A stretch of 44,270 bases of DNA from Candidatus Bathyarchaeia archaeon (GCA_050010515.1 JBEKKX010000018.1:1-44270), one strand, 5' to 3'; positions 17,383 to 27,086 are shown, counted from the first letter of the stretch. Notes: a model not told the origin generated them from the letters alone. A program made the numbers and translations.

Positions 17383-18510
17383 ATGTTCTTCCATGTTATA
17401 CTGACAAGTGAATGCAATTTACAGTGCAGGTACTGCTTCGGCGAATCTTTAGATGATTTTGACGAGGACTTCGGCGACATCGAAGTTGATTATGGTTTAC
17501 CCAAAAAAATTAACTATAACGTGGAGTCGCTGGATAGTTTCTGTCGGAAAGACCCTGATTGCGTCTTAACCTTTTATGGTGGTGAACCCTTGCTCTGCGC
17601 TGATAAAATCAAGCAGGTAATGGACGGGGTGAAGGCTAAGCTTTTTATGATTCAGACAAACGGGTTGCTGCTTGATAAGTTGGAGCCAAAATACGTTAAC
17701 CGTTTTCACACTATTCTTGTTTCCATTGATGGTGAAGAAGCCTTAACTGATTATTACAGGGGAAACGGAACCTTCCGCAAAGTCGTAAACAACCTCAAAT
17801 TAATCAAGCAAAACGGCTTTAGAGGAGAATTAATTGCTAGAATGACAATCATGGAGCAAACGGACATTTACAAGCAAGTCCGGTGGCTCTTAGACAACGA
17901 TGAATTTTCTTTTTCCTCTGTGCATTGGCAATTGAACGCTGGTTTTTGGGGAAACGACTACCAAAGACGCAACTTTGAACAGTGGACAGAGACAAGCTAT
18001 ATTCCTGGCGTAAAAAAGCTTGCAGAGTTCTGGGTAGACCAGATGGAGGAGAAGGGCGTTGTTTTGAAGCTTTACCCTTTGCTAGGCATCGCCTATTCCC
18101 TTTTGCATGAAGAGAAAAATTGTTTTATGCGCTGCGGTGGAGGCTGGATAAACTATGCCATTCAAACTGACGGTTACATCATTCCTTGTCCAACAATGTG
18201 GGGGATGAAAAATTACTATTTAGGCCACATAAGCAATACTGATCCGCGTAAAATAAAGAAAATTTTTGTTGACCAGCCGCCATGTGCAAACTGCTCGATT
18301 CTGAATGTTTGCGGTGGAAGATGCTTATATGCAAATGTGACTAAGCGCTGGAGTGATGAAGCTTACAGTAAGGTCTGCCACACGGTTGCAGAACTCGTAG
18401 GGGCTGTGAAAGTTGAGGTTCCACGGATTCAGCGCTTGCTCAAGAACGAAAAAATAAACATAAAAGATTTCGATTTCATTAAGTACAACGGCTGCGAAAT
18501 AATCCCTTAG
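17383..18510 (+). CDS. radical SAM/SPASM protein (AF0577/TIGR04084-like)
   Basis: CNLQCRYC, FYGGEPLL; SPASM CGGG...IPCP...CANC...CGGRC...C. Confidence 0.88.
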   Translation: MFFHVILTSECNLQCRYCFGESLDDFDEDFGDIEVDYGLPKKINYNVESLDSFCRKDPDCVLTFYGGEPLLCADKIKQVMDGVKAKLFMIQTNGLLLDKLEPKYVNRFHTILVSIDGEEALTDYYRGNGTFRKVVNNLKLIKQNGFRGELIARMTIMEQTDIYKQVRWLLDNDEFSFSSVHWQLNAGFWGNDYQRRNFEQWTETSYIPGVKKLAEFWVDQMEEKGVVLKLYPLLGIAYSLLHEEKNCFMRCGGGWINYAIQTDGYIIPCPTMWGMKNYYLGHISNTDPRKIKKIFVDQPPCANCSILNVCGGRCLYANVTKRWSDEAYSKVCHTVAELVGAVKVEVPRIQRLLKNEKINIKDFDFIKYNGCEIIP

Positions 18511-18579
18511 TTTTTGGATTTATCCGTTGTTTGTGCTCTTTAGATGCTTTTTCCTTGGATTAGCAAAGGGAATGTATGC

Positions 18580-18840
18580 TTATAGTTTCTTGTAAACCAC
18601 GTCTTTTTCCCTCGCTGGTTGCACTACTTTTAATCCTATGTTTTGTCCACCTTCAGCTCGCGGAATAGATTTGCCTTCTATTTGCATAGATTCTACAGTT
18701 TGCTCAAAATCAGTCGAAGGCCCTTTTACGAGTATACGATCTCCAACAGATAACGGTAACATTAATTTTACTACTGCTACACTGATTTTAGAAAAGAAAT
18801 GTGTCACATGCCCGATCTCGATTACGGCTTCTTCTACCAA
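18580..18840 (-). CDS. translation-factor-like beta-barrel protein (peptidase U32 C-terminal-like)
   Basis: IGHVTHFFSKISVAVV...VGD.I...QTVESMQIE...GLKV. Confidence 0.8.
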   Translation of the reverse strand: MVEEAVIEIGHVTHFFSKISVAVVKLMLPLSVGDRILVKGPSTDFEQTVESMQIEGKSIPRAEGGQNIGLKVVQPAREKDVVYKKL

Positions 18841-19233
18841 AGGTTTTTCCTCAAGCTTTAACTATTAGCTGAATGCCAATAAAAGTCTTATGTTGTATAT
18901 AATAAATAGAACTAAATGGCTAAAAATTTGAGGTTTTGAAACGTTATCACGCAGCTTTATGCTAAAAATGGAATTAGCTTTTTTAAGGTAAGAGGGCTGT
19001 TTTGTCTGTTCCAGACATCTTCAGAATCAAGTTCTTCTACAAGTATTTGCCCAACGTTCTCGCAAATTTCCATTCCTTGTTTGTCGCTTATGCTTAATGT
19101 TTCCATTTTTTTCACCGTAAAGAATAACTGGCAAATTTGCAGTATTAACATGCGTGGTTGTGTAATAACAACAACAATTAAAATTATTGAATAAAGGTTA
19201 GAAGGAAATAAAAAATTGGAGTTTTTCGACTGC

Positions 19234-19686
19234 TTAAGGTTGGTCGATGGATAGTTCTTTGACTCTGGTTTCAATGAATTCAGCTACCTTTTGTTCGCTA
19301 AATTCTTTTTCGTTTTCTTGTAATTGCAGCTGCTCTTTTACTATGTTTAGAAGGTTTTCGATGTCTATGGGTTTGATCAGGTATGCGTCTGCGTTCTTGT
19401 TTAAGGCTGCTATGGCATTTTGCATTGAGGGGTAACCTGTTACCATTATTTTGCGTGTCCGTGGAACAGTGTCTTTAATTAATTTTAGCAGTTCCATGCC
19501 TTCCATGTCAGGCAGTCGGATATCTAATAGCGCAATGTTATAGGCTGATTTCTTCGTTTTTTGAATAGCTTCGCTTCCGCTAGCTGCTAAATCAACAATG
19601 TATCCTTCGTCCTCAAGTATAGTCTTCATAGTGTTCCTTATGTTTTCGTCATCGTCGACAACGAGGATTCTGGCATGTTTATCCAT
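19234..19686 (-). CDS. response regulator receiver protein
   Basis: ILVVDDD, LLDIRLPDMEG, MVTG, KP. Confidence 0.93.
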   Translation of the reverse strand: MDKHARILVVDDDENIRNTMKTILEDEGYIVDLAASGSEAIQKTKKSAYNIALLDIRLPDMEGMELLKLIKDTVPRTRKIMVTGYPSMQNAIAALNKNADAYLIKPIDIENLLNIVKEQLQLQENEKEFSEQKVAEFIETRVKELSIDQP

Positions 19687-19747
19687 GTTTTTTCACCTCC
19701 AATTTCTATTTTGTTTTGAATTGGCAAAGTAATCTTGAAAGTTATCG

Positions 19748-20152
19748 TTAAACGCGTTGCTTTTGCTTTTCCTCTGCATTAACCCAGACCTCTAATTTTA
19801 CCGTTTTCTCCTTACCTCCATAGCATAGCCTCAAGAGCTCAACATATTGCCTTAACGTTAAATCGGGAACCAGCCAGCTTGGACCGTTCCATTCGTAAAA
19901 GCAAGTGATTTTGTCATGAAGCTTCTTCATGATCAGTATCTCCAAATGTTTGGCGGCTATGCCGAAAATTCGTTCAAGTGCATCTGAAAAATCATCGATC
20001 CTGTAAGGAATATCTTGCTTTGGAATGATGAATTTGTGCTCCAAGTGAAAGTAAATTGATGTTTTTACGCTTTCTCCTAAAGTTGAAAAGGCTTCTTCTA
20101 CTGCCTCTACTAGAACGGTTTCAAATTTTTTACGTCCGTTATTTCTATTCAA
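19748..20152 (-). CDS. archaeal signalling output-domain protein (NitrOD5/DUF3227-like)
   Basis: LVEAVEEAFSTLGESVKTSIYFHLE...IP..IDDFSDALERIFG.AA..LE. Confidence 0.65.
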   Translation of the reverse strand: MNRNNGRKKFETVLVEAVEEAFSTLGESVKTSIYFHLEHKFIIPKQDIPYRIDDFSDALERIFGIAAKHLEILIMKKLHDKITCFYEWNGPSWLVPDLTLRQYVELLRLCYGGKEKTVKLEVWVNAEEKQKQRV

Positions 20153-20689
20153 TTATTTATCACAGCGGCTGCCTTTTCTTTCGTCACAGATAGGTTGTGA
20201 ACACGTTTTTCGTGGGTCACTAATTCTAAAACGAGGGAAGGAAAGTAAAGGGTTATGAATTCCTAATAATTACTGTTAATCATGTTATGAGGCTTTTAAT
20301 TTGAATGCGTTATCTATTAGATTTTGCTATACATTACAGAAGGGAAGCGGCTTTGAAATCATAAATAAGGCGATTTTTATTAATGAAGCTGTATTAACGT
20401 GATCCGTCTGATTAGCTTTGAGGTGGCAAACTTCAGTGAGCTCTGTTTGAGAAACGTGGCCATCAGTGGGCTTTAACCGGTTTGCTTTTGACGCCTTTGG
20501 CGCTGTTGACTTAGAAGATGTACGAAGTAACCCCAGCAACTAGGGGGAGAGAGGTACACTATTGATATGAAAACTACGTCAAAAGTGCGGGTATCTATCC
20601 GTATAAGCAAGACCAAGTGAATTCTGAATGTTGATACTGACGGACAAGGCGGAAGCTTATCGTGCAGTTGGAGGAGGTTTTCCATATCG

Positions 20690-20913
20690 CAGTTATAGGA
20701 TTTAAGGAAGTTTTGTTTTGTGCTGTTTGTTAACTTTGAGTTATGAGATTGTTGTTTTTACTTGTTCGGGTCGTGTTAGGTCTGTGAGTTTGTTTAGGTG
20801 CTTGAGTTGGTCTGACGTGCTTTTTATTGTTCCCTGTGATAGTCCTGCGGTAGTCATTTTGAGTAATGTTTTTATTATCTCTTGTTCATTTTTGTGTCCT
20901 AATCCAGTGTCGA
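20690..20913 (-). pseudogene. decayed N-terminal (core-binding) part of a tyrosine integrase abutting tRNA-Pro
   Basis: NEQEIIKTLLKMTTAGLSQGTIKSTSDQLKHLNKLTDLTRPEQVKTTIS*LKVNKQHKTKL; in-frame stops; frame reads through the tRNA antisense. Confidence 0.55.
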
Positions 20914-20992
20914 GGGGCCGTCGTCTAGCTTGGTTCAGGATACATGCCTGGGGCGTATGCGATCCTGGGTTCAAATCCCAGCGGCCTCACCA
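20914..20992 (+). tRNA. tRNA-Pro(GGG), CCA encoded
   Basis: acceptor GGGGCCG/CGGCCTC, anticodon arm CATGC-CTGGGGC-GTATG, TTCAAAT. Confidence 0.95.
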
Positions 20993-21153
20993 CAGTTACT
21001 CACAGCCCCATACTGCAAAAATTATCTGAAACGCTTGCCTTAGTAAGGGTGTGCTTTATTTTGCGATTTTCTTCTAAAAAGCATTTTTACTTAATTTAAG
21101 ATAGAATTCAACATCATTCTTATTACTTAATCGTTCATTCTAAGTTTTTGGTG

Positions 21154-21252
21154 TTACACTTTGGTTTTGAGTTCTACCCTGATGCTGTACATTATAAAGG
21201 CAAATGAACCGATGATTGTGGCTATTGAAGCTAAATCAATTATTCCAAACAT
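21154..21252 (-). CDS. unannotated 32-aa single-TM peptide A (MFGIIDLASIATIIGSFAFIMYSIRVELKTKV)
   Basis: manual translation; GAGTGA RBS; regulon promoter; paralog at 27702-27800. Confidence 0.8.
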   Translation of the reverse strand: MFGIIDLASIATIIGSFAFIMYSIRVELKTKV

Positions 21253-21295
21253 ATTTTCACTCTTTTATTTTATACTTAGTTAGTTGCCCAGCTAA

Positions 21296-21324
21296 ATATA
21301 AATGTAATTATGATTTGTTCATAA
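21296..21324 (-). promoter_or_regulatory. regulon promoter 1: TTATGAACAAATCATAA-N5-TTTATAT
   Basis: read directly; drives peptide A. Confidence 0.8.
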
Positions 21325-21444
21325 TTTTTCATAAATGTTAGACAGTCGTTTAAATTAAAACAGAAAATTTATATGCAATAAAATTAAATAGTGTTACGTT
21401 TAAACAAAAAACCGAGTGAAAAAAAACAAAAAGAGGTAAAAAAA

Positions 21445-21681
21445 TTGAAAGCCTATATACTCTTAAGCACCAAACCAGGCACATCATTGGACGTCGTTAA
21501 GAGAATAAAAGAAAAAGTAAAAGGGACCATCATTGCCGACGCCATCTTTGGTCGATACGACGCAATAATAGTTTTGGAAGCTCCAGCGCTTGAAGACATC
21601 AACCAAGTGGTTTACAAAATAATCGAAAAAGATCCCAACGTAATCCGCACTGAAACCTCCATCGTTCTGTCACCGATGTAG
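21445..21681 (+). CDS. Lrp/AsnC ligand-binding domain protein without HTH
   Basis: KAYILL...IFGRYDAII...VIRTETSIV; TTG start after GAGGT. Confidence 0.85.
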   Translation: MKAYILLSTKPGTSLDVVKRIKEKVKGTIIADAIFGRYDAIIVLEAPALEDINQVVYKIIEKDPNVIRTETSIVLSPM

Positions 21682-21793
21682 CTCTTAGATAGAAGCCTAA
21701 AATTCCCAAATAATTTTTTTAATTTTTTAGAAATAATGACTTCAAGAAGAAAAATACAATTGCTGGACCCCAAAAAAAATTAACTGCTCTATC

Positions 21794-22087
21794 TTAAACA
21801 GGTGAAGATGCTGAATGGTTGTTTTCTTCGATGCATTTTGGTCCTTTGTGAGCTTTAAGGACAATAGAGCTTACGGTGCTTTTTACTCCTTTTATTTTCA
21901 TGATTTTGTTCTTGAGGATGTCTCGAAATTCTTCTATGTCAGCAGCTGAAACCAATGTTACGATGTCAAATTCGCCGGTAACTTCGTATAATTCTTCGAG
22001 GTGTTCCAATTGGGCAAGCGATGCTAGTACGATATCCATCTCTGGGGATTCCACGAATATGTCTACGAATGCAAGTAGCTTTGGCAT
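21794..22087 (-). CDS. Lrp/AsnC ligand-binding domain protein without HTH
   Basis: LYEVTGEFDIV...IKGVKSTVSSIVL; paralog of 26654-26944. Confidence 0.88.
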   Translation of the reverse strand: MPKLLAFVDIFVESPEMDIVLASLAQLEHLEELYEVTGEFDIVTLVSAADIEEFRDILKNKIMKIKGVKSTVSSIVLKAHKGPKCIEENNHSASSPV

Positions 22088-22272
22088 ACAGGTCGTCTTG
22101 CCTAATTGAACACGAGTTCCCAATATTTATACTTTTTCTCGCCATGCAGACAGTTGTTTCATCTTTTACCTTACAAATGTACGGTGTTGAGGTTAAAAAT
22201 TGGACATTTGTTAAAAGAGCTATCGCTTGTGTTTTAGCATTCAGTAACCATAAGTTTACCAAGCGCTAAATA

Positions 22273-22752
22273 TTATCCTGTGAAATTACTGTAAACAGAA
22301 GGATAATCATTTATTAGCAACAGATTGAGTTGCAATGGGTCTACATATGGACTGCCAAAAATCCAAAACGTTCCCTCCTGATTCTGATTAACGATAGTCA
22401 TTAAAGAATCAGCAGAAATTCCGGTTGCATTGCTTATTCTTGGTATCTGCGAATAAGCGTCCTGAAGCGTGATATCTGGGTCGACGCCTGATGCTGATGG
22501 TGACGCTGTCTCGTTTCTTGTATGGAAGAAAATGGGTAAAGTAAAGTTTTGAGCAATAAAATAAGATCCGACAGCTTGCCCGTTGGGCAGATGAGCAAGT
22601 TCGCCGTTAGCTTGATAGGGAAAGAAAACCTGACCTATACCCGTCATTAATAGTGGGAAAAATAGTCCGCAAATCAACAGCGAAACCACTGTCAATCCTA
22701 TAATCGGTCTCAGGTTCTTTAGGTTCCATTTTTCTTTTTGTTTTGTTGTCAT
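22273..22752 (-). CDS. kdpC: K+-transporting ATPase subunit C (short form)
   Basis: single TM, FPYQANG, IAQNF, SASGVDPDIT...Q..RI. Confidence 0.9.
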   Translation of the reverse strand: MTTKQKEKWNLKNLRPIIGLTVVSLLICGLFFPLLMTGIGQVFFPYQANGELAHLPNGQAVGSYFIAQNFTLPIFFHTRNETASPSASGVDPDITLQDAYSQIPRISNATGISADSLMTIVNQNQEGTFWIFGSPYVDPLQLNLLLINDYPSVYSNFTG

Positions 22753-22764
22753 AGTTATTGCTTC

Positions 22765-24948
22765 CTAAACGTGAAATACTCCCACAAGGAGCAGATCTAT
22801 CAGTTTGATTCCTATGAATGGCACGATAACGCCGCCTACCCCGTAGATTAAGGTGTTCTTAAGGAAAAGGGTCATGGTGCTGGTAGGTTTAAATGCGATT
22901 CCTCGCATGGCTAGAGGAATCAAAAGCGGTATGATAATGGCGTTGAATATTAAAGCGGACAAGACTGCACTTTTCAAGCCAAGGTGCAGAATGTTCAAAG
23001 CTGCCAGTTGAGGTATAGTAACGGCAAACAGAACAGGCATGATTGCGAAGTACTTGGCGACATCATTGGCTATGCTAAAAGCAGTAACCGCGCCTCGAGT
23101 CATTAGCAACTGTTTTCCAAGCATGACGACATCAATTATTTTTGCTGGGTTCGATTCCAAGTCAACCATGTTCGCTGCCTCCTTAGCAGCTTCTGTGCCA
23201 GAGTTCATAGCCAAGCCTACATCTGCAGCAGAAAGTGCTGGGGCATCATTAGTTCCATCGCCAATCATTGCGACAATTCTGCCTTCAGCTTGCTCTTTCT
23301 TGGCGATGTTGTACTTGTCCTCGGGCTTGGCCTGCGCAACATATTCGTCGATTCCAACCTCTGATGCAATACTTTTTGCAGTGAGTGGTTGGTCTCCAGT
23401 TATCATGACTGGGCGTATTCCCATGACTTTAAGATCGTGAATTTTTTCTTTTATGCCTTCTTTGAGGACGTCTTTCAGTCTGATTATTCCGATGGCTTTG
23501 CGGTTTCTTGCGATGGCTATAGGTGTTTCGCCCTCTGCAGATATTCCTTCTACGATGAGGTCATAGTTTAGAGGAACGGAAGCTACAATTTTTTTGATGG
23601 TTTCTGGAGCGCCTTTAAAGATTTCAATTTCAGGTTCGATTCTTGAGGCAACGCCTAGTTCGGATACTGTTGAGGATTTTCTTCTGATTCTCAGCCGGTC
23701 TCGTCCTGATTTGTCACCTTTTGGAAGCGTTAAGCCCAAGTGAGTTATTTTCACTCCGCTCATGCGGGTGCTGGCTGAGAACGGGTAAGTTTCCGAAAGT
23801 GCGAGAGAGTTCAGTTCTTTCGGTAGGAAACCTTTTTCATATGCGAGCCTGAGTATGCTGCGTCCTTCTGGAGTGTCATCATGCCATGAAGAAAGGAAAG
23901 CTGCTTCCCCTACTTCTTCTTCTGTAAATCCTTCCAATGGTACGAACTTTATAGCTTGCCTGTTACCCACCGTAATGGTGCCTGTCTTGTCGAGGAGAAC
24001 GACGTCTGCATCGCCAGCGGTTTCTATAGCTTTACCGGACTTTGCAATTATTTTACTCTGGTACAGTCTGGACATTCCGGAAAGTCCGATTGCTGGAAGC
24101 AGAGCGCCTATGGTTGTGGGGAGGAGACAAACGTAGAGCGCGATTAGCACGGAGAGGTCAGCGCCCAGACCCAGCGTGACCGACATGCCTAGCAAAGCAA
24201 CTATTATAATGGTGAAGATGGCGGTCAATCCAATCAGCACAATGGTTATTGCAACTTCGTTGGGCGTCTTTGGTCTCTTAGCAGATTCAACCATCTTTAT
24301 CATTTGGTCAATGAAGGTCTCTCCAGGGTTCGTCGTTACTTTTGCAGTTAGAGTGTCGCTAACCACTCGCGATCCACCGATAAGCGAGTCTCCAGGTGCC
24401 TTCCGAACTGGGGCTGATTCACCCGTGACAAGCGACTCGTCAACCATGGCAATTCCCTCAAGTATATCAGCGTCTAGAGGAACGATGTCGCCTTTTTCGA
24501 TAAAGATAAGATCATCTTTTCGGAGTTCAGTCGATTTTACGGCAACTATCTTCCTCGTCCATTCTTCCTTTACAATTTTTTTGGCTGGCACCTCGGTTTC
24601 CAATTTCCGTAAGGCGCCAGCTGTACTTTTTGCTTGTTGCTCTGCAAGGGCATCGGAGAGTGTGCTGAACCAAACTGTAATGAGGAGAATTGCGGCGACT
24701 TCAACATAGAAGACTCGCAGGCTGGAACTGGCTATCGGCCCGAAAGCCTGTGGAACAATAGCCATTGCTGCCACAATAAAGAACGTGATTTCAACTATTA
24801 GCATCACTAGATTTTTGAGCAGTGATTTAGGGCTTAAACGGACTACCGAATCGACCAGCACTTTTCTAGAGAAAGCTGACCTCATTCCTATAGGGGCTGA
24901 TTCGTTACTTTTTGTTGGCGCTAAAGTTTTCTTATCATCAGAAGCCAC
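22765..24948 (-). CDS. kdpB: K+-transporting P-type ATPase subunit B
   Basis: TGES, CLLPTTIG, DKTGT, TPEGRS, GDGTNDAP, IANDVAKYF. Confidence 0.97.
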   Translation of the reverse strand: MASDDKKTLAPTKSNESAPIGMRSAFSRKVLVDSVVRLSPKSLLKNLVMLIVEITFFIVAAMAIVPQAFGPIASSSLRVFYVEVAAILLITVWFSTLSDALAEQQAKSTAGALRKLETEVPAKKIVKEEWTRKIVAVKSTELRKDDLIFIEKGDIVPLDADILEGIAMVDESLVTGESAPVRKAPGDSLIGGSRVVSDTLTAKVTTNPGETFIDQMIKMVESAKRPKTPNEVAITIVLIGLTAIFTIIIVALLGMSVTLGLGADLSVLIALYVCLLPTTIGALLPAIGLSGMSRLYQSKIIAKSGKAIETAGDADVVLLDKTGTITVGNRQAIKFVPLEGFTEEEVGEAAFLSSWHDDTPEGRSILRLAYEKGFLPKELNSLALSETYPFSASTRMSGVKITHLGLTLPKGDKSGRDRLRIRRKSSTVSELGVASRIEPEIEIFKGAPETIKKIVASVPLNYDLIVEGISAEGETPIAIARNRKAIGIIRLKDVLKEGIKEKIHDLKVMGIRPVMITGDQPLTAKSIASEVGIDEYVAQAKPEDKYNIAKKEQAEGRIVAMIGDGTNDAPALSAADVGLAMNSGTEAAKEAANMVDLESNPAKIIDVVMLGKQLLMTRGAVTAFSIANDVAKYFAIMPVLFAVTIPQLAALNILHLGLKSAVLSALIFNAIIIPLLIPLAMRGIAFKPTSTMTLFLKNTLIYGVGGVIVPFIGIKLIDLLLVGVFHV

Positions 24949-26596
24949 TCTTTAACCCCCCGAAGAATGATGAAATTGGTCCAAGCGCCAAGAACGGGAA
25001 GAACGTCAATACTACGAGTATGATGATGCTGCCGACTAGAACTATAGTAAATAGCAGGCTGTCGGTTTTGAGCCCCGTGGTGGTGCCGGTTCGTTTTCGC
25101 CCAATCATAGAGCCTGACAGTGCAAGCAAGATTACAATTGGACCGTAGCGTCCTATTAACATGACGATAGCGGTAGCTATGTTAAAGAACAGGGTGTTTC
25201 CTTGGGCGCCTAGGAAATCGGAACCGTTGTTTGCCGCCGCTGACGTGAATTCCCACAGGATTTGCGTGTAACCCACAGAGTTTCCACTGACCCCAATGGC
25301 TGCCGTTGCGCCCGAAGCGTAAGCGGTTACTGTGGGTATTAGTATGATAATGGGATGAAGTAGGAAAGCCACCATGACAAGCTTTACGTCACGGCCAGTG
25401 ATCTTGACTCCCAAGTATTCAGGAGTCCTTCCAGACATTAGCCCAACGATGAAGACGGTAATTAGTACAAACATTACCATGTACATCATTCCTACTCCTT
25501 TCCCCCCCGGAATCGACTGAATGAACATTCCCATGAAACCAGAAGTTATCGCCAGAGGATGCATGCCTAAGAGCGCAGAGTTAACTGAGCCAGTTGTGCA
25601 CATGGTCGTAATTACGGTCCATAAAGTGGACGTGAAACCGCCGAACCGGGTTTCAATGCCTGGAGCAACCGAGGGGATAGCTGGAATAAATGCTAGGAAT
25701 AGGCAAATTCCGGCAAGAATGTAAGCGCCCCACACAAGCGGTTTGGATTCGCTTTTTTTGCCTATCATTTCTCCGAAAACGAAGAGCAACGCTGTGGGAA
25801 GCAGAAGCATTAGAATTATCATGATAACGTTCGTGTAGATGGAAGGATTCATGAAGGGATAGGCAGCGTTTGCACCGTAATACCCGCCGCCGTTTGTACC
25901 TAGTTGCATTATACCGTCTAGGGAAGCAACTGGCCCGACTAGAATTGATTGTGTGGCTCCTTCTATGGTCTTCACTGTGGTGTAGCCGGTGAGGGTTTGG
26001 GGTACACCCAAGGCGAGAAGTATAATTGAGGCTATAAAGGCGAGTGGCAAGAAAATTCTTGTAATGGATCTGGTGAAGTCAACGTAGAAGTTGCCCATGT
26101 CTTTTGCGCCGACGACTAATCCTCGGATAAATGCGATGCCCATGCATAATCCTGTGATTGGGGAGGCAAATTGAAGCCACTGGAGGACGCCTATTTGACT
26201 AAGATAAGAAAAAGCGGCTTCGCCGTTATAATGCTGAAGGTCAGTATTTGTCGCGAAAGAGACTACTTGCATAAAGGCAAGGTCCGGATGTATGTCGGGA
26301 AAATGCATGGGGTTAAGGGGCAAGTTGCCTTGGAAGACAAGAATTAGAAAGGCAATAACCATCATGACAACGTTTACCAGCAAGCCTGCGAGGAAGTACT
26401 GCTTCCAGCCCATCGTCTGTTCTGCGTCTACTCCAATGATTTTGTAAATGAAGTTCTCGATTGGATTTAGTATTTTATCTAAGCGGCTTGGTTTTCGATT
26501 AAAGACTCCGGTAAGGTAGGGCGCTATAAGTTTCGCTAAAACTATTGCTACTCCAAGTATAAGGATGACTGCCAGCACCTGAACTGCATTGATCAA
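24938..26596 (-). CDS. kdpA: K+-transporting ATPase subunit A
   Basis: filters TNTDLQHY, LGTNGGG, CTTGS, AANNGS; GLMSGRTPEYLG. Confidence 0.96.
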   Translation of the reverse strand: MINAVQVLAVILILGVAIVLAKLIAPYLTGVFNRKPSRLDKILNPIENFIYKIIGVDAEQTMGWKQYFLAGLLVNVVMMVIAFLILVFQGNLPLNPMHFPDIHPDLAFMQVVSFATNTDLQHYNGEAAFSYLSQIGVLQWLQFASPITGLCMGIAFIRGLVVGAKDMGNFYVDFTRSITRIFLPLAFIASIILLALGVPQTLTGYTTVKTIEGATQSILVGPVASLDGIMQLGTNGGGYYGANAAYPFMNPSIYTNVIMIILMLLLPTALLFVFGEMIGKKSESKPLVWGAYILAGICLFLAFIPAIPSVAPGIETRFGGFTSTLWTVITTMCTTGSVNSALLGMHPLAITSGFMGMFIQSIPGGKGVGMMYMVMFVLITVFIVGLMSGRTPEYLGVKITGRDVKLVMVAFLLHPIIILIPTVTAYASGATAAIGVSGNSVGYTQILWEFTSAAANNGSDFLGAQGNTLFFNIATAIVMLIGRYGPIVILLALSGSMIGRKRTGTTTGLKTDSLLFTIVLVGSIIILVVLTFFPFLALGPISSFFGGLKSGF

Positions 26597-26653
26597 TTAT
26601 TCCGAAACTCCAGATAACATTTGTGCTCACTATGGCTCCTTTCCACTCCTGTT

Positions 26654-26944
26654 CTATTTTGCTACTGAAGTATTAGCTTTTACCGTTAAACATTTTGGTC
26701 CTTTGTGAGGTTTCAAAATTATCGTTGTTATAGTGCTTTTTATGCCGTTAATCTTCATTATTTTCTTCTGCAGTACATCCCTGAACTCTTCGAGGCAAGA
26801 TGCAGAAACTAAAGAAACTATGTCGTATTCTCCAGCTACCTCGTAGATTTCTTCGATGTTTTTGAGTTCTGCGAGAGCCGTCAATACCTGGTCTTTTTGG
26901 GACGGTTCCACGAATATGTTAACAGATGCCAATAGTCGGTTCAT
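26654..26944 (-). CDS. Lrp/AsnC ligand-binding domain protein without HTH
   Basis: IYEVAGEYDIV...INGIKSTITTIIL; directly upstream of kdpA. Confidence 0.88.
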   Translation of the reverse strand: MNRLLASVNIFVEPSQKDQVLTALAELKNIEEIYEVAGEYDIVSLVSASCLEEFRDVLQKKIMKINGIKSTITTIILKPHKGPKCLTVKANTSVAK

Positions 26945-26946
26945 AA

Positions 26947-27045
26947 CTAGACTATCCTCTTTGCTAAGGGAATGATCGCTACCGTTGACTCCGTTTCGTC
27001 TCTGTGGTCATTTTGGAACGAACATTCAGTACATACACTTTTCAT
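26947..27045 (-). CDS. possible 32-aa leader ORF MKSVCTECSFQNDHRDETESTVAIIPLAKRIV
   Basis: GGTGGT RBS; CxxC; stop 2 bp before the next ATG. Confidence 0.4.
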   Translation of the reverse strand: MKSVCTECSFQNDHRDETESTVAIIPLAKRIV

Positions 27046-27086
27046 ATAAACCACCATAATAACCCGCTAATCCTGCGTTTTACGAC

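Noticed and set aside
20253-20269. TTATGA-N5-TAATAA as a sixth regulon site
   Set aside because: No TTTATAT box at the fixed 5-bp spacing on either strand.
23039-25724. Plus-strand ORFs inside kdpA and kdpB
   Set aside because: Antisense shadows of well-supported genes.
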